Shown piece by piece: positions 1 through 11,490 of a DNA stretch of 46,548 bases. The notes under the pieces are model-generated. The model had not been told where the DNA came from, did not search any database, and worked only from the letters and a program-made list of their open reading frames with translations. Numbering within the stretch: the stretch's first letter is position 1; every line of letters starts with the position of its first letter. Origin of the DNA: Chiloscyllium plagiosum (taxonomy: Eukaryota). The stretch spans positions 47,516,331-47,562,878 of the forward strand of contig NC_057719.1 of NCBI RefSeq assembly GCF_004010195.1, in the 5' to 3' direction. The position numbers and the translations under genes are program-made.

Positions 1-707
1 TTTATAAGGTCCTGGGGAGTGTTGCTGAACAAAGAGACCTTGGAGTACATGTTTATAGTTCCTTGAAAGTGGAGTTGTAGGTAGATAGAATAGTGAAGAA
101 GGTGTTTGGTATGCTTTCCCTTATTGGAAGAGTATTGTGTACAGGAGTTGGGAGGTCATGTTGTGGTTGTACAGGACATTGGTTAGCCCACTGTTGGAAT
201 ATTGCGTGCAATTCTGATCTCCTTCCTATTGGAAAGATGTTGTGAAACTTGAAAGGGTTCAGAAAAGATTTACAATGATGTTGCTAGGGTTGGAGGATCT
301 GAGCGACAGGGAGAGGTTGAACAAGCTGGGGTTGCTTTCCCTGGAGCGTCAGAGGCCGAGGGGGGGTGAGCTTAGAGATTTACAAAATTGAGGAGCATGG
401 ATAGGGTAAATAGACAAAGCCTTTTCCCTGGGGTTGGGGAGTCCAGTACTAGAGGGCATAGGTTTAGGGTGAGAGGGGAAAGATATAAAAGAGACCTAAG
501 GGATAACTTTTTCAGTATGTTATGTGTATGGAATGAGTTGCCAGAGTAAGTGGTGGAGGCTGGTACAATTGCAACATTTAGGAGGCATTTGGATGGGTAT
601 ATGAATAGGAAGTATTTGGAGGGATATGGGCTGGGTGCTGGCAGGTGGGACTAGATTGGGTTGGGATATCTAATCGGCATGGACGGGTTGCTGTACATCT
701 GATTCTA
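1..707 (+). mobile_element. CR1/HER1-like LINE, 3' portion of ORF2 plus 3' UTR, degenerate
   Basis: RDLGV, LEYCVQF, LERVQKRFT and WNELPE-type motifs with frameshifts. Same family as the antisense copy at 16664-17607. Confidence 0.9.
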
Positions 708-1144
708 AGTAAATGATTGTTGATTTGCTCTTTGTGTATCATTTAAGAAGGCCATGAATGGTGGTACCGAGTAAAGACGTGTGCATTAGAATAACATGGC
801 TTCAGACTCTGGTGAATATTAGTTTGACCCAACTCCATCTATAAGCCGAGGAGCAATTTTACATGGTTTTCAAGCTTCTCCTAAACTCTGTAGAACATGT
901 GGATTTTTTGGGAATATCAGTGAATTCCACTGGTGAGCAATAGATTTATGATATGTATAACCTAGGAAACAATGTTACAATGTTCGAATCACAAAATTTG
1001 GGTCTCAATGCAAAATTGTTACTGAATTAAAACTTCGAGTCATTTATGTACATGTTTGAAACTGACATTTGGTAAGTTTGCAAATTTTAGGCTTTGACAC
1101 TGCACTGCTTTCAATGAATAACTGTTGTTAAATATGTTTTCTAG

Positions 1145-1408
1145 TTCTCTCAGGCCAGACACACCACAGCCCTCTGAAGCGTTCAGTATCTCTTACCCCT
1201 CCAATCAATGTGCCAAATCAGCCTCTAGGTCATGGATGGATGTCCCATGAAGACCTGCGAGCAAGGGGACCTCAGTGTATCCCATCAGACCATGCTCCCC
1301 TCTCCCCACAGAGCAGTGTTGCTTCCTCGGGTAGTGGTGGAAGTGAGCATCTTGAAGATCAAGCAGTGACACGTAATACATTCCAAGAGGAGGGCAGTGG
1401 CATGAAAG
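1145..1408 (+). CDS. SAMD4A: SAMD4A (Smaug homolog 1) coding exon, pre-SAM linker; 264 nt, phase 1-1
   Basis: ctAG acceptor at 1143-1144, GTgggt donor at 1409. Translates (x)[87 protein letters not shown](D), which I recognise as nearly identical to vertebrate SAMD4A. Confidence 0.95.
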
Positions 1409-4400
1409 GTGGGTAATTGTTGTTAGAATGATGTTGACTGTAGAATATACATTTCTGAACAGGTTGTGCAGAAAGTGGAGTGGAGAGTCTGTTAATCAAT
1501 ACTACAGTGGATTTTGATAGTTGTTCTGCTTTTTACTGAAGTGTTGATTTTGTTCGAAACTTCAAGGATTACGTAACTCTGGATTCAGACACCAGATTTT
1601 AATGTAAGCTAACAATATGTTTGAGTCTAGAGTTTAATCAAAATAAGGCAACTTTTGTGAGGAAAACAAATGAGTGAATTAGTGAAAACTTGCACCACAA
1701 AGCAATTTGTTTTCATTGTTATTAATAGTTACTACTTCAACATGTAATGCGTCGTATTATGCTCCAGTGAATAGGGAAGAAAAGGAGCTTGTAATAATAG
1801 CCAAATAACACAAGTCAAATACTGGTACATATGGAACAGAGCAAAGAGGCTTTTCTTTCGATAACTGTTCAAAATCTGTGGTGCATTTGTTAGATAGCAA
1901 GTGGATTCAGTGTCAATAGGCAATTAATAAGCACTGTGTGGTATATAGCAATGGTATGTCTGTCTTATTGAATGTAAGGTCTCATAGAACTTGCAGATAA
2001 AAAAGGTTTCTATTTAAAACATCTAAATAATATTTGTATTAATATGCACAGCTGTTGAATAAGGATTTGTCTTTTACGCATTTTACGACACCCTAACTGC
2101 TGCTGATGAGTAGTAGAACAATTGTAAGTTCATCTTCCTGGTTGTTAGTTAATGGTATCCTTCCCTTTTGGAATGAAAAAGATGCATTTGATTTCAGTAT
2201 CCATATTTGGCTGGCCAAAATTAAAGTTTTAAGATCAGCTCAGTGTCATGTCTAGACTCTATGCAGTGCTACGCTTGTTCTTTCAAAAGAACAGTTATGA
2301 GTTGAGATTCCAACTTTTAGTGACTGAAAATAAATTGAGATCACAATAATGCTTTTATTTAGCTGACCAACCTGGCTGTTGTCTCAACTAGTGTTAATGT
2401 CAAAATAACTATTCTCTGGTCAAACGACATGGCCTTGGTATCCAACACAGCTGTTTGTGGTATGTGATCTTTCAGGAACTTTTTTGTCACTGTACTGCTT
2501 TCTCTCCTGGTAAATCAGTATATTGATAGCTCAGGACGATTAGCTTCAGATGGTTGCTAAGTGATAAAATATACCCAGTTAAAAGTCACCACAGGATATT
2601 GATGAGTTGGGTAGCTGAATGCGTCGTAAGTTGCAATAAATCTTTTTTATTAAAAAAAATTGTAGCAGCCGAGACCAAAATTATCCAAACAAAAGTTTCT
2701 GAAACAGACTTTCCAATTTTAAAATATTGGATGATGACATTGAAAGAACTTTGATAGAGGAAAAAATTTTTTTGTAGAACATTGTCACAGAACAAATTTG
2801 AAAGTGCATGCAGTTGATTTGTTTGCAATGAATGATTGTTCAATCTTCAAGAGGGTTCAAATGTTGTAGAAAATAAGCAGACATTCTTGCCAGGTTTGGT
2901 ATATTTACAGTCAAGGCTAATAATGTCACCAAGAGTTTCAGGTAGAAACTAGACTAATTCTTTTAGGCTTGTTCAGAAAAGATACATGTATGATGGCTTG
3001 AATCTTTCTCTCTAACTTGTAAGTGTTAAAAATAGCTGTATGATTGAATTGTGACAGTGCAATCCTCCAGAAGGCAACAGTATGCCTTACAATCTGGCAT
3101 GGTTATATGGAGGATCTTGGTTGTTATCTTTATATAGCATCACTGACTTCTGGTATGTTCACATTCTGGTTGGTCACTGGATAACTTTAAACTGTTGAAA
3201 CATTTTTTTCTTGACTAGTTAGCTATGTAGGCACCCTGTGGCAGGCATATTTAAGGAAAGTTGGGATGAGGTTTATGTTGCCATCTTCTGGTGATTAAAG
3301 ATGTATGGTAGTGGTCCAGCTTTAAGATTTAGAGAGCGAAATTCCATTTTAAGATTTCTTGTGCAGTAGGAGTTGTTCAAAAGCTCAACATCGTAGGCTG
3401 TTGCCATAAGTACTCGACTGAGAAAGGAAAAATAATTATTGTTTTATTGAGTGAACTAAATCAATTTTGACCAAGAGAGTAAGACAGGATAACAGATTGG
3501 TGAGAAGTGAAATATTTTCAATGAAAATAAATTCTTATGTGATAAAGCACCATCTAAATGCATTTGAAAATGCCTCCAATGCAATTAATTACTTTTCAGT
3601 ACAGTCAATGTTATACAGTGTGAGTAGGATTAAAAACTGGTTCCAAAATGCACATGTCTGTATGGGGACATATTTAAATAGATAAAATAATACTGGCACT
3701 TGTCTGCCAGGTTGCAAAAAAGTGACTAAGGAATCCTGTTGTGAAAACTTGGAGCTGTCTTTTGGTGGCACACCTCTCCCACTTGCTGGTACATCCACTC
3801 CCACCTTCTGCACCACCTCCAGCTGTTACAGAATGTATAAAATCCTAATTAGATCAAGGTGACCAATTTTCATGACTGACAAAATGAATCTGCACCATGT
3901 TGTTTCATTAACAGGAAGTAACTTATAACTGTTTCACACTAGCTTAATCAAATAACAAAAAAAAATCCCATTCCACTTAAACTATAACCCTTTTTAAAAA
4001 AAAACCCACGAATATGTACATACTCATTTGAAACAGACAGCTATAGATGCAAAGAAAAAATGAGCGAGATTATGCAATCAGCCCATTGAGCCCATTCTGT
4101 CATTCAACGTGATCTTTTCTCTTAGCATAGAACCATTACCGCCTCTTTCTTCCCCCCCCCCCGCCAACCATGCTTCTTAACACCTTTCTTTCTGTAGGAA
4201 TCTATTTATTAATTCTTAAATATATTCATGACTTTGCCTGAAACCACTTTGAGGGCAAGAATTCCACAGACTCACCATGCTGTATGATTGAAGAAAATTT
4301 GTCTTTTCTTTGTATGAAATGGTTTGCCACACATACTGAGTCAACAGTACTTTGTTCCGTACCTTCTTGGCAGACCAGACTTTATCTCTGCATTCAATTT

Positions 4401-4592
4401 GCATAGTTCTGTATGAATCATTGTACTTCTCAATATGACTTCTGTTTCTATGGCAAATATGCTTTTTCTTGGGTAAGGAGACCAAAGGTTCTTACAATAC
4501 TTAAGATTTGGTCACAAAGCCATATACAGCTACAGTAAAAATTCCTTGCTCTTGTACTAAAGCCCCTTTCAATGCCAGCATATCATTTGTCT

Positions 4593-4690
4593 GTTCTGAC
4601 AGAGGATCACAGAACCCAAAATGTTAACTCTGTTTTCTCTCCACAGATGCTGCCAGACATGCTAAGTTTTTACAACAATTTGTTTCAGAT
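4593..4690 (+). mobile_element. Penelope-like terminal (pLTR) fragment with a degenerate hammerhead
   Basis: gttctgacagaggatcacagaacccaaaatgttaactctg...cagatgctgccagac matches the right arm of the 9044-9463 element. Confidence 0.7.
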
Positions 4691-4871
4691 AGCATTTATC
4701 TCCATAATTGCTTCCTGTGCCAACATGCTTGTTTTCCATGACAGGTGTATAAGAACACCCAGGTTCTTTTGTACATTAACATTTCCCAGACTATTTGCTT
4801 TTAAACACTACTCAGCCATTCTATTTTTCCTACTGAAGTGGACTACTTCACCTTTAGCCATATTACCTGCC

Positions 4872-5199
4872 AGGGGTGGCACAATGGTTAGCACCGTTGC
4901 CCCCCAGACCCAGGGACCCAGGTTCAATTCCACCCTCTGGTGACTGTGGAGTTTGCACTTTCTCCCCGTGTCAGTGTGGATTTTCTCCAGTTGCTCGGGT
5001 TTCCTCCCACAATGCAAAGATTTGCAAGTTTGGTGGGTTGACCATGCTAAATTGTCTGTAGTGTCTACGGGTGTGCAGGCTAGCTGGATTAGCCATGAGA
5101 AATGCAGCATTACAGGGATGGGGTAAGGCGGTGGGACAGGATGGGATGCTGTTCAGAGGGCCAGTGTGGATCAGATGGGTCTAATGACCTGCTTCCACA
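4872..5199 (+). mobile_element. HE1-type tRNA-derived V-SINE
   Basis: tRNA-like head (tggttagcac A-box, ggttcaattcc B-box), V-domain (tgtggagtttgcac..tctccccgtgtc..gggtttcctccc) and CR1-like tail. Confidence 0.85.
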
Positions 5200-5207
5200 C
5201 TAAAGAT

Positions 5208-8063
5208 AGTATTACAGTGGTGGAAAGGACGATGGATGAGGACTTGCCATCTGAGGTAGTTTGGGCTGAGGTTAGGAATAGGAAAGGTGAGGTCACCCTG
5301 TTAGGAGTCTTTTACAGGCCTCCTAATAGTCCTAGAATCATTGAAGAAAGGATAGGGAAGGTGATTCAGGAGATGAGTGACAGTAATAGGGTGGTTGTTA
5401 TGGGGGACTTTAACTTTCCTGATATTGATTGGGAAAGCTATAGCTCAAGTTCGTTAGATGGGTCAGTGTTTGTTCAATGTGTGCAGGAGAGTTTCCTGAC
5501 ACAATATGTAGACAGGCCAACAAGAGGTGAGGCCATACTGGATTTGGTTCTGGGTAACGAACCAGGCCAGGTGTTAGAATTAGAGGAAGGTGAGCACTTT
5601 GGGGATAGTGACCATAATTCGGTGATTTTTACACTCGTGATGGAGAGGGATAAGTGTGTACTACAGGGCAAGAATTATAGCTGGGGTAAGGGAAATTATG
5701 ATGCGGTGAGGCATGACTTAGGATGTGTGGCTTGGAAAAGGAGACTCCAAGGCAAGAGTGTAAATGATATGTGGAACTTGTTCAAGGGGCAACTATTGAG
5801 TGCCCTTGATAATTATGTACCTGTCAGGCAGGAAGGAAAGGGTCGTGCGAGGGAGCCGTGGTTTAATAAGGAATTGGAATCCCTTGTTAAAGGGAAGAGG
5901 GCGGCCTATCTCAAGATGAGACGTGAAGGTTCAATTGGAGCGATAGAGAGTTATAGGGTAGCCAGGAAGGACCTGAAGAGAGAGCTAAAAGCAGCAAGGA
6001 GGGGACATGAAAGGTCCTTAGTAGATAGGATTAGGGAAAACCCTAAGGCTTTCTATAGGTATGTCAGGAATAAAAGAATGACTAGGGTAGGAATAGGTCC
6101 AGACAAGGATAGTAGGGGGAAGTTGCGTGTGGAGGCGGAAGAGATTGGGGAGACACTGAATGAATACTTTTCTTCAGTATTCACTCAGGAACAGGGCATT
6201 GTTGTCGATGAAAATACTGAGGCACAAATAAGTAGAATGGATGGCTTTGAGGTATGTAGAGAAGAGGTGTTGGAAATCCTGGAAAAGGTGAAAATAGATA
6301 AGTCCCCTGGGCCTGATGGCATTTATCCTAGGATTCTCTGGGAAGCAAGGGAGGAGATTGCAGAGCCATTGGCCTTGATTTTTATGTCCTCTTTGTCTAC
6401 AGGAGTAGTCCCAGAAGACTGGAGGATAGCAAATGTGGTTCCCTTGTTCAAAAAGGGGAGTAGGGATAGCCCTAGTAACTATAGGCCGGTGAGTCTCACT
6501 TCCGTTGTGGGCAAAGTCTTAGAGAGAATTGTAAGGGATAGGAGTTATGCACATCTGGATAGGAATAATGTGATCAAGGACAGTCAGCATGGTTTTGTGA
6601 AGGGCAAGTCGTGCATCACAAACCTTATTGAATTCTTTGAAAAGGTGACGAAGGAGGATGATGAGGGGAAAGCGGTAGATGTGGTATATATGGATTTTAG
6701 TAAGGCGTTTGATAAGGTTCCCCATGGTAGGCGACTGCAGAAAATACGGAGATATGGCATTGAGGATGAGTTGGAGGTTTGGATTAGGAATTGGCTAGAT
6801 GGAAGAAGACAGAGGGTAGTAGTTGATGGCAAAGTTTCTTCATGGAGTGCCGTCACTAGCGGTGTTCCGCAAGGATCTGTTTTGGGACCATTGCTGTTTG
6901 TCATTTTTATAAATGACCTGGAAGAGGGGTAAGNNNNNNNNNNNNNNNNNNNNNNNNNNNNNNNNNNNNNNNNNNNNNNNNNNNNNNNNNNNNNNNNNNN
7001 NNNNNNNNNNNNNNNNNNNNNNNNNNNNNNNNNNNNNNNNNNNNNNNNNNNNNNNNNNNNNNNNNNNNNNNNNNNNNNNNNNNNNNNNNNNNNNNNNNNN
7101 NNNNNNNNNNNNNNNNNNNNNNNNNNNNNNNNNNNNNNNNNNNNNNNNNNNNNNNNNNNNNNNNNNNNNNNNNNNNNNNNNNNNNNNNNNNNNNNNNNNN
7201 NNNNNNNNNNNNNNNNNNNNNNNNNNNNNNNNNNNNNNNNNNNNNNNNNNNNNNNNNNNNNNNNNNNNNNNNNNNNNNNNNNNNNNNNNNNNNNNNNNNN
7301 NNNNNNNNNNNNNNNNNNNNNNNNNNNNNNNNNNNNNNNNNNNNNNNNNNNNNNNNNNNNNNNNNNNNNNNNNNNNNNNNNNNNNNNNNNNNNNNNNNNN
7401 NNNNNNNNNNNNNNNNNNNNNNNNNNNNNNNNNNNNNNNNNNNNNNNNNNNNNNNNNNNNNNNNNNNNNNNNNNNNNNNNNNNNNNNNNNNNNNNNNNNN
7501 NNNNNNNNNNNNNNNNNNNNNNNNNNNNNNNNNNNNNNNNNNNNNNNNNNNNNNNNNNNNNNNNNNNNNNNNNNNNNNNNNNNNNNNNNNNNNNNNNNNN
7601 NNNNNNNNNNNNNNNNNNNNNNNNNNNNNNNNNNNNNNNNNNNNNNNNNNNNNNNNNNNNNNNNNNNNNNNNNNNNNNNNNNNNNNNNNNNNNNNNNNNN
7701 NNNNNNNNNNNNNNNNNNNNNNNNNNNNNNNNNNNATAAGATGATTAGGGGGTTAGATAGGGTTGACAGTGTGAACCTTTTCCCGCGTATGGAGTCGGGT
7801 ATTACAAGGGGGCATAGCTTTAAATTAAGGGGGGGTAGATATAGGACTGAAGTTAGGGGTAGGTTCTTCACTCAGCGAGTCGTAAGTTCATGGAATGCCC
7901 TGCCAGTAGCAGTGGTGGACTTTCCCTCTTTATGGGCATTTAAGCGGGCATTGGATAGGTATATGGAGGATAGTGGGTTAGTATAGGTTAGGTGGGCTTG
8001 GATCGGCGCAACATCGAGGGCCAAAGGGCCTGTACTGCGCTGTATTCTTCTATGTTCTATGTT
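5208..8063 (+). mobile_element. Young 5'-truncated CR1 LINE: partial APE endonuclease plus reverse transcriptase ORF2, spanning an assembly gap
   Basis: Uninterrupted frame to 6932 with [41 protein letters not shown] and [16 protein letters not shown]2 C-terminus ends at 7986, followed by a (ttctatg)n tail. Candidate TSD ctaaagat at 5200-5207 and 8064-8071. Confidence 0.95.
6934..7735. other. Assembly gap (802 N)
   Basis: Run of N inside the CR1 copy. Confidence 1.
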
Positions 8064-9043
8064 CTAAAGATTCAATGATGATTTGTCCACTCACTGAACT
8101 TAGAGCATGAAATGCAACTTAGATATGTCCTCCTAAGCAAACTTAATCCCACCGAGTTTTATGTCACATGTTTTTAATCCCTCATTCAAATTTTGATATG
8201 TATTGTGAATAGCTGGGGTTCAAACACTAACCACTGCAATACTTCACTCGTCACCTCTTTCCACTCTGAAATAGATCTATTTATTCCTACTCTGTTTCTT
8301 GTCTGCGAATTAATTGTCAGTCTGGTTAGCCTGCTAACAGTAGTAGGAAATGCTGGAGTCTATCCGAAAGGACTTCACATTCAGCCACCACAGTATTAAC
8401 GCAAATGTGATTTGCCCACTCAGTATATAGATTTAAATCACCCATATAAATCATGATTTATGTAGCACAATTGTTGGATGTATTTCTAATTTTCTGTTTA
8501 ATGCCATTCCCACTTGGTATAATTACTACAGTTGGACACTGATGCTTAACAACAACCATGAATGTTTTCTGCTCCTTGTTGCATCATAGCTGCACCTGGA
8601 CTGATTTGTACATCTAGATTTCCTGCATCAGTATCCTTTCTCATACTGCACTGGTTTTGTCTATCTTTAACAACATCATCCATCTTGTTTCCACTTGCCC
8701 CTCCTTAAAAGTTGAATGCACTTGATCACCCCATAGTCACCTCCTGTAATCAAAATTATATTGTACCTATTTATAATTCTGTACTGTGATCTTGGGTGGA
8801 TTTAAAGCATGAGGGTTGAAACTTGAGTTGGAATCCACATTGGGTTGATTCTGAGCTGGATGCAGTCACTGAGGAATGTGATATGGTTGTGGAAATGAAT
8901 TTTAGCAAATTCTTGGTCAAACACCAAGTGTGACAGTGAAATTAACTAATATCGGTGGATAAAAAAAACAATTGAAACAGAAATCCGATAGAGAGAAGCA
9001 GAACTTCAAGGTGAGCATGCCTAGAAGAGATGTGGCAGTAAGT

Positions 9044-9463
9044 TAAATGAAAACCGAAAGAACTATTTTTGTGTTACAGAAATGAAAAACCAATTGCTGG
9101 AAAAGCTCGGCAGTTATGGCAGCATCTGTGAAGAGAAATCAGTTAACATTTCTGGTCCAGTGACCCTTGCTCAGAACAGTTCTGAGGAAGGATTGCCACA
9201 CCCAAAACATTAACTCTGATTTCTCTTCACAGATGCTGCCTGACCAGCTGAGCTTTTCCAGCAGGGCAAAAGTGAAGACTGCAGATGCTGGAGATCAGAG
9301 TCTAGATCAGAGTGGTGCTGGCAAAGCACAACAGATCAGGCAGCATCCGAGGAGCAGGAAAGTCGACGTTTCAGGCAAAAGCCCTTCATCAGGAATGAGC
9401 TTTTCCAGCAATTTGTATTTTGTTTCTGATTAACACAAACACAGTTCTTTCGGTTTTTATTTA
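9044..9463. mobile_element. Palindromic PLE-derived mini-element (centre 9178) containing a nested insertion
   Basis: Ends taaatgaaaaccgaaagaact / agttctttcggtttttattta are reverse complements with 1 mismatch. Centre is ctcagaac-a-gttctgag. Both arms carry a degenerate CTGAGGA-AGGGTC-ACTG-GACCC-GAAACGTT-type hammerhead. Confidence 0.85.
9264..9395 (-). mobile_element. PLE pLTR insertion with hammerhead core, nested in the element above
   Basis: 15-bp TSD tgagcttttccagca at 9249-9263 and 9396-9410. Minus strand reads attc-CTGATGA-A-GGGC-TTTT-GCCT-GAAA-CGTC-gact. Confidence 0.88.
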
Positions 9464-9676
9464 GTACAATTTTGTACTGTTCATCAACCTTATTTGAAAT
9501 GTTCTGCATTTAGATGCAGTGCCTTGTGACTTGTCTTTTTGACATTTTTGTTTTTTTGTACTCCAGCCCTATTTAGTGTTCAAGGAGAAAGTGAGGTCTG
9601 CAGATGCTGGAGATCAAAGTTGAAACTTTATTGCTGGAACAGCACAGCAGGTCAGGCAGCATCCAGGGAACAGGAG

Positions 9677-9711
9677 ATTCGACGTTTCGGGCACAGGCCC
9701 TTCTTCAGGAA
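9677..9711 (-). ncRNA. Mirror-image minimal hammerhead motif on the antisense strand
   Basis: Minus strand reads UUC-CUGAAGA-A-GGGC-CUGU-GCCC-GAAACGUC^GAAU. Helix I is only 3 bp. Confidence 0.6.
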
Positions 9712-9712
9712 A

Positions 9713-9752
9713 GGATTCCTGAAGAAGGGCCTGTGCCCGAAACGTCGAATCT
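9713..9752 (+). ncRNA. Minimal type I hammerhead ribozyme motif, predicted cleavage after GUC 9746
   Basis: GGAUUC-CUGAAGA-A-GGGC-CUGU-GCCC-GAAA-C-GUC^-GAAUCU. Helix I GAUUC/GAAUC, conserved CUGANGA and GAAA, 4-bp helix II, loop-less palindromic helix III ACGU. Activity not demonstrated. Confidence 0.75.
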
Positions 9753-9999
9753 CCTGTTCCCTGGATGCTGCCTGACCTGCTGTGCTGTTCCAGCAATAAA
9801 GTTTCAACTATTTAGTGTTCAGCCTTGTGACCTCTGCCTTCCACTTTTCTAGATTTCCTTTGTCTTCATTCCCCTTATGCTTGTCTCTCCCCACTTAGGC
9901 TCCTGTCCCTTTGCTACTCTAACTCAAATCCTTCCCTGCTAATCTACAGATACTGTACAATGACTCCAGTTGCTACTCCAAATGTGAAATGGAATTTGT

Positions 10000-10095
10000 A
10001 GTGGCTGCAGCATAGATAAACTTCCTGCACATGTGGTTATCTTGGACACTGGAAGTGTCACTGACTTTCCACATCACACAGGAAGCATTCCATCT
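10000..10095 (-). mobile_element. Probable CR1 ORF1 zinc-finger-region relic
   Basis: Reverse complement translates to ..SCVMWKVSDTSSVQDNHMCRK.., resembling the C-x2-C-MW...CxKC motif of fish/shark CR1 ORF1. Confidence 0.45.
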
Positions 10096-10330
10096 GCCTG
10101 AGCTGGCTTGACATGACTTAGCCTTAAATTTAGTTTTGATTTACTTCGTCTGGTTTACAGAATAATAAATATTCCAGCAACCTTATCATTTTTCTTGTAC
10201 TTTAAACATGCTTAATCTAAACAAAGGCCCAATAATTATTTAGAGCACTGTGGAAACCTTAATCTTTTCATTTTTCAAGGTCTCTATTCGTCGTGTATTA
10301 GTTCCAGTGATGACCTTGTATTTTTTTCTA

Positions 10331-10779
10331 TGGTTGAAAAATGTGGTGCTGGAAAAACAGCAGGCCAGGCAGCATCCGAGGAGCAGGAGAATCGACGTTT
10401 CGGGCATAAGCCCTTCTTCAGGAATGAGGCTGGTGTGCCAAGTGGGCTTAGATAAAAGGTAGGGGGGAGAGAATTTGGGAGAGGGGCGCTGGGAATATGA
10501 TAGGTGGAAGGGGGTGAGGGTGATAGGCCGGAGAGGAGGTGGAGGCGAAGAGGTCAGGAAGATGATTGCAGTTCAAGAGGGCGGTGCTGAATCCGGGGGT
10601 TGGCCTCCCCCCTTCCTTTTATCTCAGCCCGCTTGGCACACCAGCCTCATTCTTGAAGAAGGGCTTATGCCCGAAATGTCGATTCTCCTGCTCCTCGGAT
10701 GCTGCCTGGCTTGCTGTGTTTTTCCAGCACCACACGTTTCAACTCTGGTCTCCAGCATCTGCAGTCCTCACTTTCTCTT
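10331..10779. mobile_element. Fold-back PLE element with inverted arms (about 10333-10469 and 10604-10743)
   Basis: Arms are near reverse complements. The minus-strand hammerhead core at about 10389-10426 is intact (CTGAAGA-A-GGGC-TTAT-GCCC-GAAACGTC); the plus-strand copy is mutated (TTGAAGA...GAAATGTC). Possible TSD tttttttcta at 10321-10330 and 10780-10789. Confidence 0.88.
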
Positions 10780-10871
10780 TTTTTTTCTAAAATATTGACA
10801 AAACTTGCCCTTTCTGGTCTCATCAAGGCTATTTCCCAGTTATGTACCACTTCTGATCTTTTAGGTTTCAA

Positions 10872-11490
10872 AGTGGCTAGGGTTTCTGGACGTGTTTTGT
10901 CAAACCCTAGCCACTGTCCCCTACATCAAAGACATGTCAGAAATGACTGCCAGACTACTCAGACCCCTTGGCATCACGGTAGCCCACAAACCCACCAACC
11001 CACTAAAACAGCAGCTGATGAACTTGAAAGACCCTGTACAGACACCAAGCAAAATTAATGTCATTTAGAAAATACCATGCAAAAACTAACAAACACTACA
11101 TTGGACAAACAGGCAGAAAACACCAGGATACATGAACACCAACTAGCCACAAAATAACATGACCCTATCACTAGTATCCTTACAGCTAAGGAAGGAGGAC
11201 ACCACTTCGACTGGGACAACATATCCATCTTAGGACAAGCCAAACAGAGACACTCAGAATTCGCAGAAGCATGGCATTCCAACTGGAATTCTATCAACAA
11301 ACACATCAAGTTAGACCCCATCTACCACCCCCCTGAGAAAAAGATCAGGAAATGACATCACCACAGGAAATGACATGACCAATCCAAAGAAACCCGAACT
11401 TATAAATAGAAAGCAGGCATCATGTACAGTTCTTCGCCTGAGGTCCACTGAAGATGTTACCTAGTAGGGTGATGAGCAAACCTACATCCA
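10872..11490 (+). mobile_element. Penelope-like retroelement 3' fragment (Poseidon-like), GIY-YIG endonuclease relic
   Basis: Broken frame reads PYIKDMSEMTARLLRPLGITVAHKPTN..LKDP..NVI*KIPC..HYIGQTGRK..RIHEHQ..HHFDWDNISILG..EAWHS..SINKHI. Truncated hammerhead ctgaagatgttacctagtagggtgatga near 11448. Short 5' inversion at 10872-10885 / 10902-10915. Confidence 0.88.

Larger units (their letters stand above)
4060..8335 (-). mobile_element. Old antisense CR1 fragment (about 4060-4870, resuming about 8080-8335), split by later insertions
   Basis: Reverse complement reads as CR1 RT/3' sequence (GNMAKGEVVHFSRKNRMAE in ORF 4808-5110). The sequence continues after 8080 (tttgtccactcact...gctggggttcaaacactaaccactgc). 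Confidence 0.65.
9583..9809. mobile_element. Very young fold-back PLE mini-element: perfect 94-bp inverted repeat with TSD
   Basis: Arms 9618-9711 and 9716-9809 are exact reverse complements with an agga spacer. Direct repeat ctatttagtgttca at 9569-9582 and 9808-9821. Confidence 0.93.

Noticed and set aside
1210..1416. Stand-alone 68-aa ORF starting at GTG
   Set aside because: It is an internal SAMD4A exon; the true boundaries are splice sites at 1145 and 1408.
4872..4935. tRNA-like A/B boxes (also at about 23650-23719 and 35530-35590)
   Set aside because: SINE heads without a complete cloverleaf; not tRNA genes.
5166..5207. Apparent N-terminus of the 588-aa ORF, suggesting a SINE-LINE fusion gene
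   Set aside because: The first codons are SINE tail read through by chance into a 5'-truncated CR1; no ORF1 and an incomplete endonuclease.
6840..7986. Long ORFs of 343-357 aa
   Set aside because: Artefacts of translating through the N gap; only the CR1 C-terminus is real.
9539..9852. Identical peptides (LEQHSRSGSIQGTGDSTFRAQALLQE) encoded on both strands
   Set aside because: A direct consequence of the perfect DNA palindrome; no coding evidence.
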